DNA from: an uncultured Chloroflexia bacterium | GTDB lineage: Bacteria > Chloroflexota > Limnocylindria > Limnocylindrales > CSP1-4 | DNA: 64,000 nt | Assembly: GCA_963749705.1 (NCBI GenBank) | Contig: CAVVNQ010000008.1 | Location: 128,001 to 192,000, forward strand | Direction of reading: 5' to 3' | Shown here: one piece after another, positions 17,666-26,896 of the stretch | How positions within the stretch are numbered: position 1 is the stretch's first letter | How the letters are laid out: every line of letters starts with the position of its first letter | Notes under the pieces: generated by a model | The model's input: the letters and a program-made list of their open reading frames with translations, nothing else | Databases searched by the model: none | What the model was told of the DNA's origin: nothing | Translations under genes and position numbers: made by a program

Positions 17666-20434
17666 CTACAGCGCGGGCAGCACCTGGTGGTCCGTCTGCG
17701 CCGCCGCGAACAGGTCGCCGAGCTCGGCCACTCGCGCCGGCAGCGTCCGGATCGTCCAGCGGTCCGGGGCGAGGGCGGGGTCGTCCAGCTCGTCCCAGCG
17801 GATCGGTGCCGAGACCGGGGCGCCGGGTCGGGGCCGCACGGCGTACGGGGCGACGAGCGTCTTGATCCCCGCGTTCTGGGTGTAGTCGAGCCGCGCCCGG
17901 CCGCCGCGCTGCGCCTTCGACCATTCCCAGGAGACCAGGTCGGGGATGGTCGCCCCGATGGCGCGCGACAGCTTCTCGATCCATGCCGACGTCTCGGCGT
18001 ACGTGTAGCGACCCCGCTCGACCGGGATCCAGGCCTGGATCCCGCGGCTGCCCGTGACCTTCGGCACCGCCCGGACCCCGAGGTGCTCGAGCGCGGCGCG
18101 GTAGAGCCGTGCGATCAGCAGCGTCTGCTCCCAGGTCGTCGTCGTGCCGGGATCGATGTCGATGAGGGCGAAGGTGGGAGTCCAGGGGTCGCCGGTGGTC
18201 GACGTCCACGCATGGATCTCGAACGACGCCTGGTTGCCCAGCCAGCACAGCGTGGCCGCGCGGTCGGCGACCAGGTGGTCGTTCGGGTCGCGGTCCTCGC
18301 GCTCGCGGAAGCCCTGCTCATGCCAGATCGTGAGCCACGCCGGCGCGCTCTTGGGAATGTCCTTCTGCCAGAAGCCGGGTGCGCCGGCCCCGTTCGGGAA
18401 GCGCTGCAGGTTGAGCGGGCGGCCCGCGAGATGCGGGAGCATCACCGGCGCGATCCGCGCGAAGTAGGCGATCAGCTCGCGCTTGGTGATCGGCGCTTCG
18501 TCCACGCCGTCACGCGGCGGGAACAGGGCCTTGTCCAGGTTCGTGAGCCGCAGCTCCTGGCCCGCGACGACCCAACGGCCCTCGCCCTTCATCGACGCGA
18601 GCTCCGCCAGCTCGGCTTCCGTCACCAGCCAGTCAGCCGGGGCCTCGGATGCCGCCGCGGCACCGGGCTCGGGCGCCGGCGCCGGCGCGGGTGATGCGCG
18701 GACGCTCATCGAGGACAGCAGTGGATTCTCGCGGGGAGCGGACTCATCGCGGGCCCGCCTGGGGCTGACCGCCCGCTCGCGCACGACCTCGCGTGGATCG
18801 CGACCCTCCTCGATCCCCTTGAACGACGTCTGCCGGACATGATCGTCTCGTGTCCAGCCGCCGATCTCGGCCCGGATGACCAGCTCCGGCCGGGCCCAGC
18901 GGACGCCGGCCAGGTCGCCACCCCAACGCCCCCGGTAGCCGGCCGGCGGCGGCGGGTCGAACGGCGGCGCGTCGGCCTCGAGCACCTCGAGGCGCCGCCG
19001 CAGCTCGCGGCGGCCACGGTCCGTGAACCCGGAGCCGACCTTGCCGGCGAACCGCAGCCGGTCGTCCTCGTACACGCCGACGACGATCGCGCCCAGCTCG
19101 CGCGCCGTCCCCTCTCCCGGCGTCCAGCCGCCGACGACGAGCTCCTGCTCCGGCCTTGCCTTGAGCTTGAGCCAGGTCGTCACCCGCCGGCCCGGCTCGT
19201 ATCGCGAACGGCGCAGCTTGGCGACCAGCCCCTCGAGCCCCTGGGCCTTGACGGCCTCGAAGAACGCGATGCCTTCGGTGTCGACGTGGGACGCGTATCG
19301 CACCCGGGCGTTTGGCCTGAGCACCAGCTCGAGGAGCTTCTTCCGATCCTCGAGCGGGACGTCGAGGAGCGAGCGCCCGTCGAGGTACAGGAGATCGAAC
19401 GCCTGGTACACGAGCGCGCCCTCGGCCCGGCCGGTCCGACCCTCGCTGATGCGCTGCTGGAGGAGCGAGAAGTCGGGCCGTCCCTCGCCGTCCAGCGCCA
19501 CGACCTCGCCATCGACGATCGCCTCGCGTGCCTCGATCCAGGTTGGCGGCGCCAGGAGGCGCGGGAAGTACGCCGCGGCATCGTTGCCATTGCGCGTGAA
19601 CAGGCTGACATCGCCGTCGCGGACGACCGCCTCCACGCGGTAGCCGTCCCACTTGATCTCGAACAGCCAGTCGTCGTCCCGGAACGGCTTCGTGGTCAGC
19701 GTGGCCTTCATCGGCTCGACGTAGCGCGGCAGCGGCGCCTCGCGAGCAGCGCTGAGATCGATCCCGGCCGTTGCGGCAGGCGCCTCCGAGACCCAGATCG
19801 CGGGGGCGTTGGCCTTGACCTCGTCGTTGGTGCGGCCCGATTTCACGCTCTGGAGGTGGTCCTCGGCGTCCCAGCCGGGGACCGCGTGCTCGTCGCGCTT
19901 GTGGATCAGCAGCCACTGCTCGCCCTCGTCGTCCTCGAACGCGGTTCGGGGCGCGGCGCCCGGGCGCCGGGAGGTGCGCACGATGGTGAACCTGCCATGC
20001 AGCTTCTCGCCCCGGGCACGGAACTTGAGCTCGCCGTGCTCGATCGCCGCGGCGGGATCGGGGGTCTCCGCCTCGGGCTCCCAGGTGCCCCAGTCCCACA
20101 CGATCACATCGCCGGCGCCGTACTGGCGGGCCGGGATCACGCCCTCGAAGTCGAAGTACTCGAGCGGGTGATCCTCCACGTGGATCGCCATCCGGCGAGC
20201 GGCGGGGTCGAGCGTCGGACCCTTGGGCACGGCCCACGAGACGAGCACGCCGTCGATCTCCAGCCGCATGTCGTAGTGGAGGCGGGTCGCGCGATGGCGC
20301 TGGACGACGAACCGCCGCCGGGTCCCGGGTCCGGCGGGCTCCGCGCGGGTACCGCCGTCCGCCGCCGGCCCGCCCGGAGCCGGCTCGGGTGTCTTCGCGA
20401 AGTTCCGCTTCCGTCGATATTCGTCCAGCGGCAT
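17666..20434 (-). CDS. ligD: NHEJ DNA ligase D (phosphoesterase-ligase-polymerase)
   Basis: LDEYRRKRNFAKTPEP, VVQRH..RLHYDMRLE, FEIKWDGYR, GLEGLVAK, LTNLDKALFP, DIDP, RLDYTQN. Confidence 0.95.
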   Translation of the reverse strand: MPLDEYRRKRNFAKTPEPAPGGPAADGGTRAEPAGPGTRRRFVVQRHRATRLHYDMRLEIDGVLVSWAVPKGPTLDPAARRMAIHVEDHPLEYFDFEGVIPARQYGAGDVIVWDWGTWEPEAETPDPAAAIEHGELKFRARGEKLHGRFTIVRTSRRPGAAPRTAFEDDEGEQWLLIHKRDEHAVPGWDAEDHLQSVKSGRTNDEVKANAPAIWVSEAPAATAGIDLSAAREAPLPRYVEPMKATLTTKPFRDDDWLFEIKWDGYRVEAVVRDGDVSLFTRNGNDAAAYFPRLLAPPTWIEAREAIVDGEVVALDGEGRPDFSLLQQRISEGRTGRAEGALVYQAFDLLYLDGRSLLDVPLEDRKKLLELVLRPNARVRYASHVDTEGIAFFEAVKAQGLEGLVAKLRRSRYEPGRRVTTWLKLKARPEQELVVGGWTPGEGTARELGAIVVGVYEDDRLRFAGKVGSGFTDRGRRELRRRLEVLEADAPPFDPPPPAGYRGRWGGDLAGVRWARPELVIRAEIGGWTRDDHVRQTSFKGIEEGRDPREVVRERAVSPRRARDESAPRENPLLSSMSVRASPAPAPAPEPGAAAASEAPADWLVTEAELAELASMKGEGRWVVAGQELRLTNLDKALFPPRDGVDEAPITKRELIAYFARIAPVMLPHLAGRPLNLQRFPNGAGAPGFWQKDIPKSAPAWLTIWHEQGFREREDRDPNDHLVADRAATLCWLGNQASFEIHAWTSTTGDPWTPTFALIDIDPGTTTTWEQTLLIARLYRAALEHLGVRAVPKVTGSRGIQAWIPVERGRYTYAETSAWIEKLSRAIGATIPDLVSWEWSKAQRGGRARLDYTQNAGIKTLVAPYAVRPRPGAPVSAPIRWDELDDPALAPDRWTIRTLPARVAELGDLFAAAQTDHQVLPAL

Positions 20435-20547
20435 GGGCGGAGTATGCCGCGGTCCCGCTGGCGAGTGACCGATGGCCGGTGGCAACGGAGCACCGCTCGG
20501 CGAGATTGGGCAGCGTCCGAGGTTGCCCACCCACCCACGAGGGACCC

Positions 20548-20994
20548 ATGCACGCGCAGCTCCTGCCCCTCTCGCGTCCGCTCAGCCGGCCCCGCTTCGC
20601 CTGGCTCGCCGTCGCACTCGAGCTGTTGACGGCGGTCGGAGCCATCCCGGTCGGCATCATGCTGGTCACCGACCCGACGGGGGCCGGCGTCGGCTTCCCT
20701 GCCGGCTGGATCGAGGCGACGCCGTTCGGGTCGTACCTCATCCCGGGCATCTACCTGCTGGTCATGAACGGTGCCGGGATGCTCGTCGTCGCGGCCCTGA
20801 CCCTGGTCCGACACTGGACCGCGCCATGGCTGACGGGCGTGTTCGGCGCCGGACTGGCGATCTGGATCGGCGTCCAGCTCGTGGTGATGCCCGAGTTCTC
20901 GTTCCTCCAGGCGATCTACGGCACCATCGGGCTGGCGCTGGCCGTGATCAGCGTGGCGTGGCTGCGGCGGACGGACCAGCTCCGTCTCTGGTAG
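20548..20994 (+). CDS. Small four-TM hypothetical membrane protein
   Basis: Four hydrophobic segments; TPFGSYLIPGIYL. Confidence 0.75.
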   Translation: MHAQLLPLSRPLSRPRFAWLAVALELLTAVGAIPVGIMLVTDPTGAGVGFPAGWIEATPFGSYLIPGIYLLVMNGAGMLVVAALTLVRHWTAPWLTGVFGAGLAIWIGVQLVVMPEFSFLQAIYGTIGLALAVISVAWLRRTDQLRLW

Positions 20995-21034
20995 ACCCGG
21001 GTCGCGGACAGATCCCGCGTCGCGGGAGAAGAGC

Positions 21035-21967
21035 TCAGGCGCTCTTGCGCCGCCGAGCCGGGCGTGCCTCGGCCTCGTCCTCGGCTCCGGAAGCGGTCGC
21101 CGCGTCCTTCGCTGGCCGCTTCGCGCGCGCCTTCTTCGCCTCTCGGACCGATACCGGCGCCGGGCTGTCCTTCGCCTTCTGGTCGGTCGCGGCCTTGACG
21201 CTCGCCTCGAGCAGCTTCATCAGGTCGACCAGGCTGGTGCTCTCCTCGACGGGGGCTGGCAGCGCGATCTCCTGGCCCTCGATCTTGGCCTCGATCACCT
21301 TGAGCAGCGCCTCGCGATACCCGTCCTTGTAGCGCGACGGGTCGAACGCCTCGGTCATCGCCTCCACCAGCTGCTCGGCCATCGTGAGCTCCGCCGGCTT
21401 GAACTCGAACTCCTCCTCGGGCAGGTCGAGCTCCTTGACGGATCGGATCTCGTCCGGCCAGTGGAGGGTGGTCAGGAGCATCGTGCTCTCGAACGGGTCC
21501 AGGGCGGCCAGGGCCTCGCGGTCCCGGATCACGACCTTGCAGATGGCCGTCAGGTTCCGCTCCGCCAGCACCTGCCGCAGCAGGTAGAAGGCCTTGCGGC
21601 CGATCTTGTCGGGTTCGATGAAGTACGCCTGGCGTGTGAACTTCGAATGCTCGGCCGTGGTCGCGTCGCGCGGGGCGAACTGCTCGATCTCGATCGAGCG
21701 CACGGTCTTGAGCGGGACCTTCTCGATGTCCTCGTCCGTGATCACCACGTACTGGTCGGGGGCGTACTCGTAGCCCTTGACCGTCTCGCTGCGCGAGATG
21801 ACCTGCTCGTCCTCGGGACACCAGACCTTCATCTGGATCCGCGTCAGGTCGGTCTCGTGGAGCATGTTGAATCGGATCGCATAGTCCGATTCGGTCGCGG
21901 TATACAGCTTGACCGGGATGGTGACCAGTCCGAACTGGATGGCCCCCTTCCACATCGAGCGTGCCAC
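21035..21967 (-). CDS. ku: NHEJ DNA end-binding protein Ku
   Basis: RSMWKGAIQFGLVTIPVKLY, KGYEY, LHWPDEIR, DLMKLLEASV, basic C-terminal tail. Confidence 0.95.
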   Translation of the reverse strand: MARSMWKGAIQFGLVTIPVKLYTATESDYAIRFNMLHETDLTRIQMKVWCPEDEQVISRSETVKGYEYAPDQYVVITDEDIEKVPLKTVRSIEIEQFAPRDATTAEHSKFTRQAYFIEPDKIGRKAFYLLRQVLAERNLTAICKVVIRDREALAALDPFESTMLLTTLHWPDEIRSVKELDLPEEEFEFKPAELTMAEQLVEAMTEAFDPSRYKDGYREALLKVIEAKIEGQEIALPAPVEESTSLVDLMKLLEASVKAATDQKAKDSPAPVSVREAKKARAKRPAKDAATASGAEDEAEARPARRRKSA

Positions 21968-22074
21968 GGGCTGTTCGATCCTCACGTTCTGCCGTGTCTG
22001 GGAACGGCAGGGTGCGCCGTTCCCGCTACCGGGACGGTAAACCTACCACTCGCCCGCAAGGACCCCCGCGGTCG

Positions 22075-24618
22075 CTACGGGATCGCGGCGGCCCGCGCGG
22101 CGGCCATGGTCGAGTCGCTCACCACGCCGGTCCCGCCGAGCACGACGATCCGGCCGGGGTGGAGCCGCGCGAGCTCGGTCGCGATGGACGACGGGATGGC
22201 GTCGGGTCGCACGAGCAGGACCGGAACCTTCGCGGCCCCGGCGGCCGCGGCCCCCGCGAGCGCATCGGGGAAGTTGAGCCCGCTGGCCACGTACGCGACC
22301 GGGACACCCGCCGAGAAGCTCGCCTTGCTGATCGCGGCCGCGGTGGCGAACCGGTCGGGGCCCGACAGGCGGGTGACGGTGCCCGCGGTGTAGGCCTTGA
22401 GCGCCGTCTTCACCGCGTCGCTCACCGCGCTGGGGCCGCCGAGCACGACGATCCGGCCGGGGTGGAGCCGCGCGAGCTCGGTCGCGATGGACGACGGGAT
22501 GGCGTCGGGTCGCACGAGCAGGACCGGAACCTTCGCGGCCCCGGCGGCCGCGGCCCCCGCGAGCGCATCGGGGAAGTTGAGCCCGCTGGCCACGTACGCG
22601 ACCGGGACGCCCGCCGAGAAGCTCGCCTTGCTGATCGCGGCCGCGGTGGCGAACCGGTCGGGGCCCGACAGGCGGGTGACGGTGCCCGCGGTGTAGGCCT
22701 TGAGCGCCGTCTTCACCGCGTCGCTCACCGCGCTGGGGCCGCCGAGCACGACGATCCGGCCGGGGTGGAGCCGCGCGAGCTCGGTCGCGATGGACGACGG
22801 GATGGCGTCGGGTCGCACGAGCAGGACCGGAGCCTTCGCGGCCCCGGCGGCCGCGGCCCCCGCGAGCGCATCGGGGAAGTTGAGCCCGCTGGCCACGTAC
22901 GCGACCGGGACACCCGCCGAGAAGCTCGCCTTGCTGATCGCGGCCGCGGTGGCGAACCGGTCGGGGCCCGACAGGCGCGAGGTCGGAACGGGTGTGACGG
23001 CGATCACGATGTTGGTGGTCCGGTCACGGTCACCCGACCGGCCGTGGATCGTGATCGGATAGGCGCCGGTGGGCGCGTCCGCCGGGATCGTGATCGTCAG
23101 GGTCGCCGCGGCCGATCCATCGCTGGCCAGATCGACCGGATCCACGATGCCGATCAGGCCGTCCGGCACGTCGACCGAGACGTCCACGGTGTCCGTGAAG
23201 TCCTCGGCACGGATGACGTCGATCGGGACCTGGAACGTCATCCCGGGCCATGGCAGGAAGCCATCCGGAACGGCAGCTGCAAGGGCAAAGTCGCCAAGCG
23301 GGACGATCCGCGAGACGTCGAGCAGCGGCTCGTGGTGGGAGTCCGGATCCGTCGCGACGTTCCAGCCGAGGTTGCCCATGGCCTGGAGGGCCGCCTTGAC
23401 GTCGACCGGCGTTGCCAGCGGTCGCGACGACTTGTAGAGGGCAACCGCGCCCGTGACCAGCGGCGCAGCCATCGACGTCCCGGACAGGTATCCGTACGAG
23501 TTGTTGGGCAGGGTGGAGCGGATGCATTTGCCCGGAGCGATCAGGTCGACGTCCGCGCCGTAGTTCGAGAAGTTGGCGAACGTGTCGTCCGTGTCGTAGC
23601 TGCCCCACGAGTAGCAGGCGTGGCCGCCGAGCCCGCCCGGCAGCCCATCCGTGTCGGCGAGTGCCGAGACCGTGATCACCTCGTCATAGCTGGCCGGCAC
23701 GAGGCGCGAGGCGTTGAACGAGTTGTTGCCGGCCGCCGCGACCACGGTGACCCCCGTCGCGACGAGCCGGCAGATCGCGGCATGCAGGATGTCGTGGTTG
23801 ACGGCGCCGCAGGCGCCATCGTCGGACCCGGGCTTGGCGACCGACATGTTCACCGCCTCGAACAGCGGGCGGGTTGCATCGAGGGGATCGTGCTGCGCCG
23901 CGATCCAGTCGAGACCGCACACATACCACGACAGCAGGCCGTTGCCGGCCGAATCGAGGATCCGCACCGCCCACAGGCGGACGCCCGGCGCGACGCCCAC
24001 CACGCCGATGCCGTTGTCCAGCGCGCCGACCGTCCCGGCGACGTGGGTGCCGTGCCCGTTGCTGTCCCACCAGGCGTTCGGGTCGCTGGTCGAGCAGTTG
24101 ACGCCGCCGACGACGTTGAGATCCGGGTGCGTCCGATCGATCCCCGTGTCGACGATCGCAACATCGGCATCCACCCGCTCATCGACCCCGTCGATCTTCG
24201 CGATGGGCGACCGCAGCCCGGAGATGCGTTCGACGCCCGTGGGGACGCTCTGGCCCTGGATCGAGACGACATCGTCCGCGACCACCATGGCGACATCCGG
24301 GTCACGGCGGACGGCGTCGAGCTGGCCGGCGTCGAGCCTGGCCGAGTACCCGTGGACGGCGTGGGCGAAAGTGTGCTCGGGCGATGCGCCCAGCCCGCGT
24401 GCGCGGCCCGCCGCCCGACCCACGTCCCGGCCGTTCTTGAGGACCACGATCCATCGGTTGGCGGTGTCGAGCCCGCTGGCCTTTGCTGCGGCAGTTGCCG
24501 CAGTGGGTGATCGGTGGATGGGGGCCAGCGCCGTGCGGCTCGATACCGCAACCGTCCCAGCCGGTACGGCCGTCAGGGCAATGAAGGCGAGGGCAAGTGC
24601 GGCGGCGGCGCGACGCAT
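22075..24618 (-). CDS. Secreted S8 (subtilisin-like) serine peptidase with three C-terminal cell-wall-binding-2 repeats
   Basis: Signal peptide, I9-like propeptide, triad VDTG/HGTHVAG/GTSMA, then three copies of RLSGPDRFATAAAIS...FPDAL...PVLLV...VLGG. Confidence 0.92.
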   Translation of the reverse strand: MRRAAAALALAFIALTAVPAGTVAVSSRTALAPIHRSPTAATAAAKASGLDTANRWIVVLKNGRDVGRAAGRARGLGASPEHTFAHAVHGYSARLDAGQLDAVRRDPDVAMVVADDVVSIQGQSVPTGVERISGLRSPIAKIDGVDERVDADVAIVDTGIDRTHPDLNVVGGVNCSTSDPNAWWDSNGHGTHVAGTVGALDNGIGVVGVAPGVRLWAVRILDSAGNGLLSWYVCGLDWIAAQHDPLDATRPLFEAVNMSVAKPGSDDGACGAVNHDILHAAICRLVATGVTVVAAAGNNSFNASRLVPASYDEVITVSALADTDGLPGGLGGHACYSWGSYDTDDTFANFSNYGADVDLIAPGKCIRSTLPNNSYGYLSGTSMAAPLVTGAVALYKSSRPLATPVDVKAALQAMGNLGWNVATDPDSHHEPLLDVSRIVPLGDFALAAAVPDGFLPWPGMTFQVPIDVIRAEDFTDTVDVSVDVPDGLIGIVDPVDLASDGSAAATLTITIPADAPTGAYPITIHGRSGDRDRTTNIVIAVTPVPTSRLSGPDRFATAAAISKASFSAGVPVAYVASGLNFPDALAGAAAAGAAKAPVLLVRPDAIPSSIATELARLHPGRIVVLGGPSAVSDAVKTALKAYTAGTVTRLSGPDRFATAAAISKASFSAGVPVAYVASGLNFPDALAGAAAAGAAKVPVLLVRPDAIPSSIATELARLHPGRIVVLGGPSAVSDAVKTALKAYTAGTVTRLSGPDRFATAAAISKASFSAGVPVAYVASGLNFPDALAGAAAAGAAKVPVLLVRPDAIPSSIATELARLHPGRIVVLGGTGVVSDSTMAAARAAAIP
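22135..22977. repeat. Three near-identical 303-bp tandem coding repeats (CWB2 modules)
   Basis: GCCGAGCACGACGATCCGGCCG recurs at 22135, 22438 and 22741; only a few substitutions between copies. Confidence 0.95.
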
Positions 24619-24785
24619 TGGCGGCTCCCGAGTCCCGGACCATTATGACCAGCGGCGCAACGGCCCCCGCTCGACGCCAGCGTCGCACGGTCGGGGCTGC
24701 CGCGCACGGACCCCGTGGTCACCCCGCTCCCTAGCCCCGCAGTCCCACTCCAGCCTCGCCCCGATGCCCCACCCCCGGCGGAGCG

Positions 24786-26078
24786 CTACGCCGTCTCGAC
24801 GAGGCGCAGCTCAGCCTCAGCATCGGCCACCCGCGCGAGGATGCCGCTGCGCAGCGTGTCCAGCCCCGTCCACACGGCCTTGGTCGCGTTCGAGACCGAT
24901 GTCAGCTGGCTCTTGAGCGCCCGGATCGCCTCCAGCTGCTCCCGCACGCCGGCCAGCGCGCGCCCGATCGCCGCCGCGTCCACCTCGACCTCGCGGTCCT
25001 TGAGCTGGGCCAGCGCGAGGAGCCTCGCCAGGCGCACCGCGGCCTCGAGGTAGGCGCCGTCCGGTGCGTCCGGGTCCACGACCACGTGGACGTCTTCCCC
25101 CACCATCGCGAACGGCGCGACGCCGCTTGGGGCATGTGCGGGCGTCCAGACGGCGACCCCCACCGTCGCCCCGCGGTTCTCGCGCGCTTCGCGCAGCTCC
25201 TCGCGCATCGCCCGCTGCGACATCACGCGGTCCTTTGCCTCGAGCACGACGCGCACGTCCGCGCCGCGCGTGAGGCGGGCATCGATGGTGAGCACGAAGT
25301 CACCCTTCTTCGAGCCGAGCGTGGATCCGACCTCGTTGCCGGTGCGATCCAGCAGGTCTCCGGAGCCGCGGGCCAGATCGCCGAGCATGCCCTCCAGCAG
25401 GTCCTCGAAGTCGCCGCCCTTCGCGGCGGACCGGGAGCGCTCGTCGGCGCGCGCTCGCGCCGCCGCCTCGATCGCGGTCAGTCGCTCGTGGACACCCTTG
25501 AACCCCTCGGCGATCTCCTGCCGGAACTGGTGCAGCGGCGACCCCAGCCGGGTGGGGTCCAGCAGGTGCGCGAGCTTCGAGCGGTCGCCATCGAAGTACT
25601 GCCCGAGCAGGCCGCCGATCCGCCCGATCGCCGAGTCCCGACGCGTCTCGTCGAACAGCTCGTTGACGAACTGCTGGAGCGCGCCGCGGTCCCCGAGGAA
25701 TCGCTCGAGCGTCCGGGGGAGGCGGCCATCCCCGTCCGCGAAGTTGGCGCGCAGGACCTCCTCCACGGCGCGCGCCGCCTGCTCGTTGGCGGCGCTGGTC
25801 TGGGCCACGAGCTTCTCGAACTCGCGGCGGACGACGTCCACGTCCATCGACGTCGACGCGTCCTGGAGTGCCAGCAGCCCGATCCGCAGCGCTCGCTCGA
25901 CGACCGCCGGCCGGTCCGCGACGTCCCGTTCCGAGAGCGATGCGGCAAGCGCGGCGTCCGCGAGCACCAGCCGCTCCACGACGATCCGCTCGCCGTCCAC
26001 CCGGATGTTGGTGGCCATCCGCGGCGCGGTGGATCCGGGCGGGACCACGGCCGGGAGCGGGAGGATTCGTGCTTCCAT
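24786..26078 (-). CDS. Coiled-coil protein with a PD-(D/E)XK nuclease-like domain (RmuC/DUF2130-like)
   Basis: Long helical N-terminal region, then KGGDFE, KKGDFV, VVLEAKD, and a C-terminal coiled coil. Confidence 0.72.
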   Translation of the reverse strand: MEARILPLPAVVPPGSTAPRMATNIRVDGERIVVERLVLADAALAASLSERDVADRPAVVERALRIGLLALQDASTSMDVDVVRREFEKLVAQTSAANEQAARAVEEVLRANFADGDGRLPRTLERFLGDRGALQQFVNELFDETRRDSAIGRIGGLLGQYFDGDRSKLAHLLDPTRLGSPLHQFRQEIAEGFKGVHERLTAIEAAARARADERSRSAAKGGDFEDLLEGMLGDLARGSGDLLDRTGNEVGSTLGSKKGDFVLTIDARLTRGADVRVVLEAKDRVMSQRAMREELREARENRGATVGVAVWTPAHAPSGVAPFAMVGEDVHVVVDPDAPDGAYLEAAVRLARLLALAQLKDREVEVDAAAIGRALAGVREQLEAIRALKSQLTSVSNATKAVWTGLDTLRSGILARVADAEAELRLVETA

Positions 26079-26116
26079 GGCCCGCATCCTGGCGGGCCGT
26101 CGTGACACCTAGCCTG

Positions 26117-26734
26117 TCACGACCGGAGCGCGGGCTCGAGCGGCCGGCGGATCCGCCGATCGTGGCTCCCGGGCCGACCGAGCGCCGATGCGATCGATCG
26201 CGCCCAGGCCCGCACGCGCCCGACGTCCCGCCAGTCGTCCGGCGGCAGGCTGTCGGCTCGCGCGCCCGCGGGCAGCGGCGCGTGCCCGAACCTCGCCGCA
26301 CCCCGGGCGCTGATCGCCTTGGCCACGCACATCACCGGGGTCGCGTCAGCGCACGGGGCGGAGGCGGCCGACCGGTCCCAGATCTCGGGCGGCGCTGCGA
26401 CATCGGGCTCGTCGAGGATGCCCGTCGCATCCCGGATCCCGGTCGACTCCGCGCCGCCGATCGGGCCGGCGGAGAACAGCCACACGGCCCGGCGAGCCAG
26501 CTCGTCGCGGTGACCGGCGATGAACCCGCCGCCATCGGACGCGCTGCGGACCACGAACACGCCACTGCCGAGGACCACGGCGTCGTACCCGGCAAGGTCG
26601 CTCACGGCGGCGACCGGCCGGCAATCCGCCTCGAGCCCGGCGTCGCGAAGCTCGGCGGCGATCGTGCCGGCGATCCCGGCGGTCGAACCGTTCTGTGAGG
26701 CGAAGGCGACGAGCACGTGGACGGCGGCGCTCAT
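26117..26734 (-). CDS. Flavodoxin-domain protein (HemG/Flavodoxin_5-like)
   Basis: VLVAFASQNGSTAGIA, YDAVVLGSGV, VWLFSAGP, DWRD..VRAWA. Confidence 0.85.
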   Translation of the reverse strand: MSAAVHVLVAFASQNGSTAGIAGTIAAELRDAGLEADCRPVAAVSDLAGYDAVVLGSGVFVVRSASDGGGFIAGHRDELARRAVWLFSAGPIGGAESTGIRDATGILDEPDVAAPPEIWDRSAASAPCADATPVMCVAKAISARGAARFGHAPLPAGARADSLPPDDWRDVGRVRAWARSIASALGRPGSHDRRIRRPLEPALRS

Positions 26735-26791
26735 GTGCGGACTCCCGACTGCGATGCGGCACATCCTCGCCGCACGTGCTCGCGGCGTGCA

Positions 26792-26850
26792 GGGCCGTCG
26801 GTCCCCGAATGGCGGGCCGGGACCGGTCGCCCAAGCGTGCCCCTCGGCCC
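26792..26850. promoter_or_regulatory. Cluster of three GGGAC-N4-GTCCC-like imperfect palindromes upstream of the flavodoxin gene
   Basis: GGGCC-GTCG-GTCCC (26792), GGGAC-CGGT-CGCCC (26819), GTGCC-CCTC-GGCCC (26837). Confidence 0.45.
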
Positions 26851-26896
26851 GGTCCATCCGGCTCGCCTGGGGCGGCACCCGGCCCACCGCCGGTGG

